NCBI GenBank assembly: GCA_963699755.1
Contig: CAVOVB010000001.1
Span: 192,001-256,000, forward strand
Source: an uncultured delta proteobacterium
GTDB lineage: Bacteria; Myxococcota_A; Polyangia; Polyangiales; Houyiibacteriaceae
Length of the DNA stretch: 64,000 bases
Direction of reading: 5' to 3'
In this document: one piece after another, positions 37,748 to 46,000 of the stretch
Layout: every line of letters begins with the position of its first letter
How positions within the stretch are numbered: position 1 is the first letter of the stretch
Translations under genes and position numbers: made by a program
Notes under the pieces: generated by a model
What the model was told of the DNA's origin: nothing
The model's database searches: none
Seen by the model: only the letters and a program-made list of their open reading frames with translations

Positions 37748-40700
37748 ATGCGAGACAAAGTACATCGAGCGATAGCCATCGTCGGAGTTGGCGCGGTGCT
37801 GCCCGACGCACAGAATGCCGATGAATTCTGGAACAACGTATCGACGGGCCGCTACAGTATCAGCGAGACCCCGGTCGATCGATGGGATCCGTCCCTCTAC
37901 TACGACCCCGATCCGAAGGCCCCGGACAAGACCTACTCGAAGATCGGCGGCTGGGTCCGCGACTTCGACTGGGATCCACTCAAGTGGAGGCTTCCGATTC
38001 CGCCCAAGGTCGCAGACTCGATGGATCGGACGCAGAAGTGGTCGATCATGTCGGCCCGGGAAGCCTTGTTGGACTACGGCTACCCGGAGCGTCCGCTCGA
38101 CGGCGACCGGACGGCGGTGATCCTCGGCAACGCGATGGCCGGCGACCAGCACTACAAGACCGCGCTTCGCATTTTCTTCCCCGAGTTCACCCGTGAGCTG
38201 GATGGCGCAGAGAGCTTTCAGGCGCTTCCGCAGTCGGTCAGGGCCGCGATCGTCGAAGAGACGATGGGGCGAATGCGAGAGCACTTCCCGAGCATCAGCG
38301 AGGACACGATGCCGGGCGAGCTGGCGAACATCATCGCTGGTCGCGTCGCTGCGGTGTTCAACTTCCACGGCCCAAACTTCACCGCCGACGCGGCCTGCGC
38401 ATCGGCAATGGCCGCCTTCAGCGCGGCGATCTCGGGCCTCGAAGAGGGCGACTACGATGCAGTGCTGACCGGCGCTGTCGACAGCAACATGAGCGCATCG
38501 AGCTACACGAAGTTCTGCAAGATCGGTGCGCTCTCGGCGACCGGAACACGACCGTATGATCAAGGCGCAGACGGCTTCGTGATGGGCGAAGGGGCGGCGG
38601 TCTTCCTGCTGAAGCGGTTGGAAGACGCCGAGGAGGCCGGCGATAAGATCTACGCCGTGGTTCGGGGAATCGGAGGGTCGAGCGACGGCAAGGGCAAGGG
38701 GATCACCGCGCCCAACCCCATTGGGCAAAAATTCGCCATCGAACGGGCCTGGGCGCATGCCGGCGAAGATCTAGCAACGGTGAGCCTGATCGAAGGCCAC
38801 GGTACCTCGACACGGGTGGGTGATGTGGTCGAGGTGCAGAGCATGGTCGACGCGTTCGCCGGTGCTGGCGTACCCAACTCGAGCATTCCGATCGGCTCGG
38901 TGAAGTCGAACATCGGGCACCTCAAGGGAGCCGCCGGAGCGGCCGGCCTCCTAAAGGCCGCCCTCGCGCTGCACCACAAGCAGTTGCCGCCGAGCATCGG
39001 GCTCCGGACCCCCAACCCCAAGATCGGCTTCGGCCAGATCCCCTTCTACGTCAACACGGAGCTCCTGCCTTGGGACGACTACAAAGAGGTCCGCAGGGTC
39101 GGCGTGAGCGCCTTCGGCTTCGGAGGAACGAACTTCCATGCGGTCCTCGAAGAGCACGTGCCGGGAAGGATTGAGCGCAAGAATCGAACCTCCGTTGCGG
39201 TGCCATCGGGGTCCGCTCTACCGCTGGCTTCCGGCGGCGTTCCGATGGCGGATAAGGCGCCGTTGCGTGGTTCGCTGGTGCTCGGCGCAGGCTCGACGGC
39301 GGAGCTAGCGATCAAGCTCGAAGCGGTGCTCGAAGAGGCGAAGACAGGGCACGCGCCCGATCGCAAGCCACCAGAAGCTTCCGATCTCAAGGCCGTAGAG
39401 CGTATCGCCATCGACTTTGGCGACGCCGCCGAGCTCGCAAAGAAGGCCACGAACGCCCTCAAGGGGCTCCGCGCAGGCAACGCTGCGATCTGGAAGGCGC
39501 TCCGGCCGCAGGGCATCTTCCATCAAACCGGCCCGGCGCCGAAGACCGCGTTCCTCTACACCGGTCAGGGCTCCCAGTACGTGAACATGTTGCGCGAGCT
39601 TCGCGAGGTGGAGCCGATCGTGGCCGACACCTTCCGGGAAGCCGACGAGGTGATGAAGCCGCTCCTCGGCCAACCTCTGAGCGAGATTGTTTTCGTGGAC
39701 CCGAGCGACCAGGCTGCCTTGGCCGAGGCTGACGAGGCGCTTCGTCAGACCGCGATCACGCAGCCCGCCGTGCTGGCAACCGACTTGGCGCTCACCCGAT
39801 TGCTGGCGGCCTATGGCGTCACGCCGGACATGGTCATGGGACACAGCCTCGGGGAGTACGGTGCACTGGTGGCGAGCGGTGCCCTCGGTTTTCGGGAGGC
39901 GCTCGAAGCGGTCAGCGCGCGCGGCCGCGAGATGACCAAGGTCTCGGTTGATGACAACGGCTTGATGGCTGCAGTTCTCGCGCCGATCGATGAGGTTCAG
40001 GCCATCGTGAGCTCACTCGATGGCTATGTCGTCATCGCCAACATCAATAGCTTCGGCCAGTCAGTCATCGGCGGGACGACGCCTGGCGTGACGGCGGCGG
40101 TGGAGGCGATCTCCAAGGCGGGATATCAGGCGATCCCCTTGCCGGTGAGCCATGCGTTCCATACCAAGGTGGTCGCCCCAGCGAGCGAACCGCTCATGAA
40201 AGAGCTGGCTCGCCTCGGCGTCGAATCCCCGAAGATCCCGATCGTCGCGAATGTGAGCGGCGAGTTCTATCCGATGGGTCCGAACGTGGCAGCGGAGATG
40301 ATCGAGATCCTCGGCCAGCAAATCGCTTCGCCGGTGCAGTTCGTCAAAGGTCTAGAGACTCTATACGACGCCGGGGCGCGTATCTTCGTCGAAGTCGGTC
40401 CGAAATCGGCGCTGGCTCGCTTCGCCGATGATGTGCTGGGCAGCAAGTCCGACACCCTTTCTTTGTTCACCAACCATCCGAAGATCGGCGATGTTCCGGC
40501 GTTCAACGCCGCGCTCACCGGTCTTTATGCGAGCGGGCACGGCGCTCCGAGAAGCGAACGGAGGGCGCCGGAGCTGAGCAACGACGGGGTGCCCCGGCGC
40601 GTGGCGATACCTAGCGCACCGCCCGCACCGCTCCGGGCCCCCGCAGCAATGCGTCCTGCGCGTCGGGCTGCCTCGGTGACGGCTGGGGGCGACCGCTATG

Positions 40701-43700
40701 CCCAGCTTGGCCGCTTGTTTGCGGAATTCCTCGATCAGGGGATGGAGATCTATCGCGGCGGGAGCCCTGCCGATTCCGGAGAACCGGTCGTGGTCACGGG
40801 AGCCAGCATCGGCCTACCGGGCGGCGCCAAGGTTTTCGCGGACAGCAACGTCGATCGAATGCTGCACGGACAGACCTTCATCGACGTGATCCCGGTCGGG
40901 CTCAGGCGCGCCATCGCGGACAAGAAGATCACCCGACTGGTCAAGTCCGATAAAGGAGGGCCGCGTTTCGAAACGATCGACTCGCCCTCCGACGTGATCA
41001 AGCTCGCGGGCCGAGGCGGCGACATTGCTCTGAGCAGCGACTTCGGCATTCCGGAGGAACGCGCCGCCGCAATGGACTCGACCACACGGATGGCGATCGC
41101 CGCAGGCGTCGAAGCCTTGCGAGATGCGGGAATCCCCCTGGTCATGCACTACAAGACCACGTCGAAGGGGACCAAACTTCCGGACCGCTGGGGCCTGCCC
41201 GTCTCCATGCAAGACGAGACCGGGGTGATCTTCGGCTCGGCATTCCCGGGCTCCGACATGCTCATCGGCGAGGTTCGCCGATACTTCGAGAGCAGGACAC
41301 AAGAGAAGCTTCTCGAAGAGCTACGAAGCCTCCGCATGCGCATGGCGGGCAATGGCAGCAACCCGTTGGCGGCCGAAATCGACCGCCGCATGGCAGAAAT
41401 CGAAAGCGATCTCCAGCGAGATCCGTACACGTTCGACCGTCGATTTCTCTTCAAGGCGCTGTCGATGGGGCACTCCCAGCTCGCCGAGTACATCGGTGCG
41501 CGAGGGCCCAACACCCAAATCAACTCCGCCTGCGCCAGCGGCACCCAAGCGGTTTCACTCGCCGAAGATTGGATTGCGCGCGGCCGTTGCAAGCGTGTGA
41601 TCATCGTCACCGCCGACAACGTCACCAGCGACAACATGATGGAATGGGTGGGCTCCGGTTTCCTCGCGAGCGGTGCGGCGGCTACCGACGAAGTTCTCGA
41701 AGAAGCCGCCCTGCCCTTCGATAGACGCCGCCACGGGCTCATTCTCGGGATGGGTGCCTCCGGCATGGTGATCGAGACCGCCGAGGCAGCGCGAGAACGA
41801 GGGCTGAGGCCCATCGCCGAGGTGCTCGGCACCGTCACCGCGAACAGCGCCTATCACGGTAGCCGCTTGAACATCGAGCACATCCAAAGCCTGATGGAGA
41901 AGCTCATCGCGGACTGCGAAGCGCGGCACGGCATCGATCGCGCCGAGATTGCGCCTCAGACCGTCTTCGTCTCGCACGAGACCTACACGCCTGCTCGTGG
42001 CGGTAGCGCCCAGGCGGAGATCAGCGCGCTTCGTACCGTATTCGGCGCCAACGCAGACCGCATCGTGATCGCGAATACCAAGGGCATGACGGGCCATGCG
42101 ATGGGCGCGGGCGTGGAAGACGCGACCGCGGTCAAGATCCTCGAGACGGGGATGATCCCGCCGGTTGCGAACTTCAAAGAGGTCGATCCGGAGCTTGGGA
42201 TGCTCAATCTTTCCAGGGGCGGGAGCTATCCCGTGCAGTATTCGCTTCGGCTGGGAGCCGGCTTTGGGTCTCAGATCAGCATGTCGCTTACCCGATGGGT
42301 CCCGAGCCCGGACGGACGCCGAGCCGCGCCGCGGGACTTGGGCTATGCAACGCGGATCGAGGACCGGGCTCGGTTCGAGCGTTGGCTCGCGGAAGCGAGT
42401 GGGTACGCTTCGCCCGAGCTGGAGGTTGTGGGTCGAACGCTGCGCGTGAAGGACCAGGGGCCTGCAGCGGGGACAGTCTCAGTGCCAGCGCCAGCACCAG
42501 TGCCAGCACCAGTGCCAGCGCCAGCACCAGTGCCAGCGTCAGTGCCAGCGCCAGTGGCAGCGCAAGCGACCGCGCAAGCGAGCGCGCTTGCGAGCGACCC
42601 AGTGACCGAGAAGGTCTTGGCGATCGTTTCGGCGCAGACCGGGTATCCTCCCGATATGTTGGACCTCGAGCTCGATCTCGAGGCGGATCTTGGAATCGAT
42701 ACGGTCAAGCAGGCGGAGACCTTTGCGGCCGTTCGCGAAGCCTATGACATCGAGCGCGACGACAAGCTCGAGCTGCGCGCGTTTCCGACGCTCCAGCATG
42801 TCGTTCAGTTCGTGCGGGACCGGCGGCCGGACCTCGTGACAGTGTCAGCTCCAGCGTCAGTGCCAGCGTCAGTGCCAGCGACCGCGCAAGCGAGCGCGCT
42901 TGCGAGCGACCCAGTGACCGAGAAGGTCTTGGCGATCGTTTCGGCGCAGACCGGGTATCCTCCCGATATGTTGGACCTCGAGCTCGATCTCGAGGCGGAT
43001 CTTGGCATCGATACGGTCAAGCAGGCGGAGACCTTTGCGGCCGTTCGCGAAGCCTATGACATCGAGCGCGAGGACAATCTCGAGCTGCGCGCGTTTCCGA
43101 CGCTCCAGCATGTCGTTCAGTTCGTGCGGGACCGGCGGCCGGACCTCGTGACAGTGTCAGCTCCAGCGTCAGTGCCAGCGTCAGTGCCAGCGTCAGCGAC
43201 AGCGACAGAACCCATCTCGGAGAAGGTGTTGGAGCTCGTCTCGGGGGTTACGGGCTACCCGCCGGATATGCTCGACCTCGACCTGGACCTCGAGGCCGAC
43301 CTCGGAATCGACACGGTGAAACAAGCGGAGACCTTCGCGGCGGTGCGTGAAGCGTACGGCATCCCGCGCGACAACAAGCTCGAGCTTCGGGACTTCCCGA
43401 CGCTCAACCACGTCATCGCCTGGGTGAAGAACTCCTTGCCAGAGGCCGATTCGGCCAGCGAGGCCGAGGCGAGCATCGCTTCGCCCTCAGCACCCGCGAC
43501 TCCTGAATCGACCGACGGACTTCGCCGCGTTCCGGTGCCTGTGCTCCGGCCGCCGCTATCCTTCTGCAAACCGACGGGCGTCAAGCTCGACGAAGGAGTG
43601 CGCGTCGTCGTCATGGTGGACCAGGGTGGCGTCGCAAAGGCCCTGATCAAGCAACTCAAGAAGCGCGGTGTTCAAGTCCTTGGCATCGATGGTGTTCCGT

Positions 43701-45994
43701 CCGCGGACGAGCTCATCGCGACGCTCGAAGGCTGGATGAACGAGGGTCCGATCCGCGGCGTGTACTGGCTAGCGGGTCTCGATCGAGAGGAGGCGATAGC
43801 GGACCTTTCTCCGGAGGCCTGGGCCACGGCGGTGCAGCTGCGGGCTAAGCTCTTGTTCGCCACGATGGGTTCGCTCTATGAGCAGGTCTCAGCGCCGGGC
43901 ACGTTCCTGGTCTCGGCGACGCGTCTCGGCGGCAAGCATGGCTTCGACCCGAACGGGGCGATCGCGCCACTAGGCGGCGCAGTCAGCGGCTTCACCAAGA
44001 CGTACAAACGCGAGAAGCCCGAAGCCACGGTGAAGGTCGTGGACTTCGGAGCCAAAGCCAAGGTCGCCGCAGTAGCCGAACGGCTCATCGCCGAAACGCT
44101 CTCGGATCCAGGGGTATGCGAGCTCGGCTACGTGGGGGAGGAGCGCTGGGCGATTACGGCATCGTTCGGAGCGCTGCCATCCGAACGTCCGCTACCGCTT
44201 GGAAAAGATACGGTCTTCGCGATTACGGGTGCCGCGGGCTCGATCGTCTCAGCGATCGTCGACGACCTGGCGAAGGCGTCGTCCGGAGGGACCTTCCACC
44301 TGCTCGACCTGACGCCGAAGCCCGATCCAAGCGACCCGGACCTCCAACGCTTCGCAAGCGATCGCGATGGTCTTCAGCGCGAGCTCTTCGAGCGCCTGAA
44401 GCAAGGCGGACAAAAGGCGACGCCCGTTGTCGTGCAACGATTGCTCGGTGAGCTCGAGCGGAAGCACGCCGCGCTTCAGGCAATCCAATCGGTTCGCGCG
44501 GCAGGCGGCGAAGTGCACTACCATTCGGTCAACCTGCTCGACAAAGACGCGGTGGCTTCAGCGGTCGACGCCATTCGCAAGCAGAGCGGCAGAATCGACG
44601 CCCTGGTGCATGCAGCCGGTCTCGAGATCAGCCACTACCTGCCCGACAAGAAGCCGGCTGAGTTCGATCTGGTCTTCGACGTGAAGGCAGGCGGCTGGTA
44701 TCACCTCTTGTCGTCGATTGGAGACATGCCGCTCGGCGCCGCGGTAGTCTTCAGCTCGATCGCGGGCCGATTCGGCAACGGCGGTCAAACCGACTACAGC
44801 GCCGCCAACGAGCTCCTGGCGAAGTCGGTCTCGAGCTTCCGCAACGCGCGGCCGGAGACCCGAGGCATCGCCATCGACTGGACAGCCTGGGCAGACATCG
44901 GGATGGCTTCCCGCGGTTCGATTCCAAAGATGATGGAGCTCGCCGGCATCGACATGCTCAAGCCCGCAGATGGCATCCCGGTCGTACGCGACGAGCTGGA
45001 AGCAGGGACTCGCGGGGAAGTCGTCATCGGCGGCGCGCTCGGCATCTTGATGCAGGACTGGGACGAGAGCGGCGGGCTCGACGCGAGCAAGCTAGAGGGC
45101 ATCCCCCAAGGGCCGATGGCCAGACGCCTTGTCTCGATGGGCGTGCACACGGGGCTCATCGTGGAGACCATGCTCGATCCAAGAGAGCAGCCTTTCCTCT
45201 ACGACCACAGGATCGGCGGCACAGCCGTGCTTCCGGGTGTCATGGGCATCGAAGGCTTTGGGGAGATTAGCAAAGCCTTGTTCCCGGACTGGCACATCAG
45301 GGCGATCGAAAACGTCGATTTTCTCGCGCCCTTCAAGTTCTATCGTGACGAACCGCGCGCGCTCACCTTGAGTGCCCAGTTCGGCACCGATGGTGACGAT
45401 CTCTTGGCTATCTGCAAGTTGATCGGCGCGAGGACGATCATGGGCAAAGAAGAGGTCAAAACGCACTTCACCGCGACGGTTCGGCTCGCACGCAAGCCGG
45501 TCGACACTGAGAAATCCGACGCGCCGGCCTCTGCGGCGGGAACGACGGTGAAGGACGAAGACATCTACCGAGTGTACTTCCACGGCCCGGCCTACCAGGT
45601 GCTCGACACGGCCTGGCGCGACGACGGAATGGTCGTGGGACGAATGAGCGACACGCTCCCTGGGGATCATCAACCAGCGGAGCTCGAGCTGCTCACTGAG
45701 CCTCGGCTCGTCGAGCTCTGCTTTCAAACCGCAGGGGTCTGGCAGATCGGCACGACGGGTCGAATGGGACTCCCACAACACATCGATCAGCTGACCATCG
45801 TGAGACCGGCGGACCAGGCTGAAGGGCGGCTGCATGCAGTCGTCAGACCCAAGGACGGCGGCAGGTCCTACGACGCACAGGTCACGGACGAAGCCGGCAA
45901 TCTCTACGTGGCACTCCGCGGCTACCGGACTGCCGAGCTTCCTGATGACGTGGACCCGGACAAGCGACAACCGCTGCGCGCCGCGATGGATTGA
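37748..45994 (+). CDS. Type I polyketide/fatty acid synthase, KS-AT-KS-ACP-ACP-ACP-KR-DH (PfaA-related)
   Basis: KS1 DAACAS / EGHGTST / NIGHL. AT GQGSQ, GHSLG, HAFH. KS2 NSACAS / SHETYT / TGHAMG. Three ACPs with TGYPPDML...DLGIDTVKQAE. KR FSSIAG..GQTDYSAAN. DH DHRIGGTAVLP. Confidence 0.93.
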   Translation: MRDKVHRAIAIVGVGAVLPDAQNADEFWNNVSTGRYSISETPVDRWDPSLYYDPDPKAPDKTYSKIGGWVRDFDWDPLKWRLPIPPKVADSMDRTQKWSIMSAREALLDYGYPERPLDGDRTAVILGNAMAGDQHYKTALRIFFPEFTRELDGAESFQALPQSVRAAIVEETMGRMREHFPSISEDTMPGELANIIAGRVAAVFNFHGPNFTADAACASAMAAFSAAISGLEEGDYDAVLTGAVDSNMSASSYTKFCKIGALSATGTRPYDQGADGFVMGEGAAVFLLKRLEDAEEAGDKIYAVVRGIGGSSDGKGKGITAPNPIGQKFAIERAWAHAGEDLATVSLIEGHGTSTRVGDVVEVQSMVDAFAGAGVPNSSIPIGSVKSNIGHLKGAAGAAGLLKAALALHHKQLPPSIGLRTPNPKIGFGQIPFYVNTELLPWDDYKEVRRVGVSAFGFGGTNFHAVLEEHVPGRIERKNRTSVAVPSGSALPLASGGVPMADKAPLRGSLVLGAGSTAELAIKLEAVLEEAKTGHAPDRKPPEASDLKAVERIAIDFGDAAELAKKATNALKGLRAGNAAIWKALRPQGIFHQTGPAPKTAFLYTGQGSQYVNMLRELREVEPIVADTFREADEVMKPLLGQPLSEIVFVDPSDQAALAEADEALRQTAITQPAVLATDLALTRLLAAYGVTPDMVMGHSLGEYGALVASGALGFREALEAVSARGREMTKVSVDDNGLMAAVLAPIDEVQAIVSSLDGYVVIANINSFGQSVIGGTTPGVTAAVEAISKAGYQAIPLPVSHAFHTKVVAPASEPLMKELARLGVESPKIPIVANVSGEFYPMGPNVAAEMIEILGQQIASPVQFVKGLETLYDAGARIFVEVGPKSALARFADDVLGSKSDTLSLFTNHPKIGDVPAFNAALTGLYASGHGAPRSERRAPELSNDGVPRRVAIPSAPPAPLRAPAAMRPARRAASVTAGGDRYAQLGRLFAEFLDQGMEIYRGGSPADSGEPVVVTGASIGLPGGAKVFADSNVDRMLHGQTFIDVIPVGLRRAIADKKITRLVKSDKGGPRFETIDSPSDVIKLAGRGGDIALSSDFGIPEERAAAMDSTTRMAIAAGVEALRDAGIPLVMHYKTTSKGTKLPDRWGLPVSMQDETGVIFGSAFPGSDMLIGEVRRYFESRTQEKLLEELRSLRMRMAGNGSNPLAAEIDRRMAEIESDLQRDPYTFDRRFLFKALSMGHSQLAEYIGARGPNTQINSACASGTQAVSLAEDWIARGRCKRVIIVTADNVTSDNMMEWVGSGFLASGAAATDEVLEEAALPFDRRRHGLILGMGASGMVIETAEAARERGLRPIAEVLGTVTANSAYHGSRLNIEHIQSLMEKLIADCEARHGIDRAEIAPQTVFVSHETYTPARGGSAQAEISALRTVFGANADRIVIANTKGMTGHAMGAGVEDATAVKILETGMIPPVANFKEVDPELGMLNLSRGGSYPVQYSLRLGAGFGSQISMSLTRWVPSPDGRRAAPRDLGYATRIEDRARFERWLAEASGYASPELEVVGRTLRVKDQGPAAGTVSVPAPAPVPAPVPAPAPVPASVPAPVAAQATAQASALASDPVTEKVLAIVSAQTGYPPDMLDLELDLEADLGIDTVKQAETFAAVREAYDIERDDKLELRAFPTLQHVVQFVRDRRPDLVTVSAPASVPASVPATAQASALASDPVTEKVLAIVSAQTGYPPDMLDLELDLEADLGIDTVKQAETFAAVREAYDIEREDNLELRAFPTLQHVVQFVRDRRPDLVTVSAPASVPASVPASATATEPISEKVLELVSGVTGYPPDMLDLDLDLEADLGIDTVKQAETFAAVREAYGIPRDNKLELRDFPTLNHVIAWVKNSLPEADSASEAEASIASPSAPATPESTDGLRRVPVPVLRPPLSFCKPTGVKLDEGVRVVVMVDQGGVAKALIKQLKKRGVQVLGIDGVPSADELIATLEGWMNEGPIRGVYWLAGLDREEAIADLSPEAWATAVQLRAKLLFATMGSLYEQVSAPGTFLVSATRLGGKHGFDPNGAIAPLGGAVSGFTKTYKREKPEATVKVVDFGAKAKVAAVAERLIAETLSDPGVCELGYVGEERWAITASFGALPSERPLPLGKDTVFAITGAAGSIVSAIVDDLAKASSGGTFHLLDLTPKPDPSDPDLQRFASDRDGLQRELFERLKQGGQKATPVVVQRLLGELERKHAALQAIQSVRAAGGEVHYHSVNLLDKDAVASAVDAIRKQSGRIDALVHAAGLEISHYLPDKKPAEFDLVFDVKAGGWYHLLSSIGDMPLGAAVVFSSIAGRFGNGGQTDYSAANELLAKSVSSFRNARPETRGIAIDWTAWADIGMASRGSIPKMMELAGIDMLKPADGIPVVRDELEAGTRGEVVIGGALGILMQDWDESGGLDASKLEGIPQGPMARRLVSMGVHTGLIVETMLDPREQPFLYDHRIGGTAVLPGVMGIEGFGEISKALFPDWHIRAIENVDFLAPFKFYRDEPRALTLSAQFGTDGDDLLAICKLIGARTIMGKEEVKTHFTATVRLARKPVDTEKSDAPASAAGTTVKDEDIYRVYFHGPAYQVLDTAWRDDGMVVGRMSDTLPGDHQPAELELLTEPRLVELCFQTAGVWQIGTTGRMGLPQHIDQLTIVRPADQAEGRLHAVVRPKDGGRSYDAQVTDEAGNLYVALRGYRTAELPDDVDPDKRQPLRAAMD
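42478..42560 (+). repeat. Hexamer-based tandem repeat (ccagtg/ccagcg/ccagca) encoding a Pro-Ala-Val linker
   Basis: Encodes VPAPAPVPAPVPAPAPVPASVPAP before ACP1. Shorter copies occur between the ACPs. Confidence 0.85.
42569..43192 (+). repeat. Near-identical 312-bp tandem duplication (ACP1 + ACP2)
   Basis: Units start at 42569 and 42881, with only about 3 substitutions seen by eye. Confidence 0.92.
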
Positions 45995-46000
45995 CGAACG

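Noticed and set aside
42701..43315. Thr ACPs as sequencing error or synthase pseudogenisation
   Set aside because: ACG is only one base from TCG, but it is present in all three copies including the diverged third. The 8.2-kb ORF is intact, and the PPTase and carboxylase are retained.
37748..45994. Calling the synthase a canonical pfaA PUFA synthase
   Set aside because: It has an extra internal KS and Thr carriers, and no pfaB/C/D-like genes (KS-CLF, FabA-type DH, ER) are present in the window.
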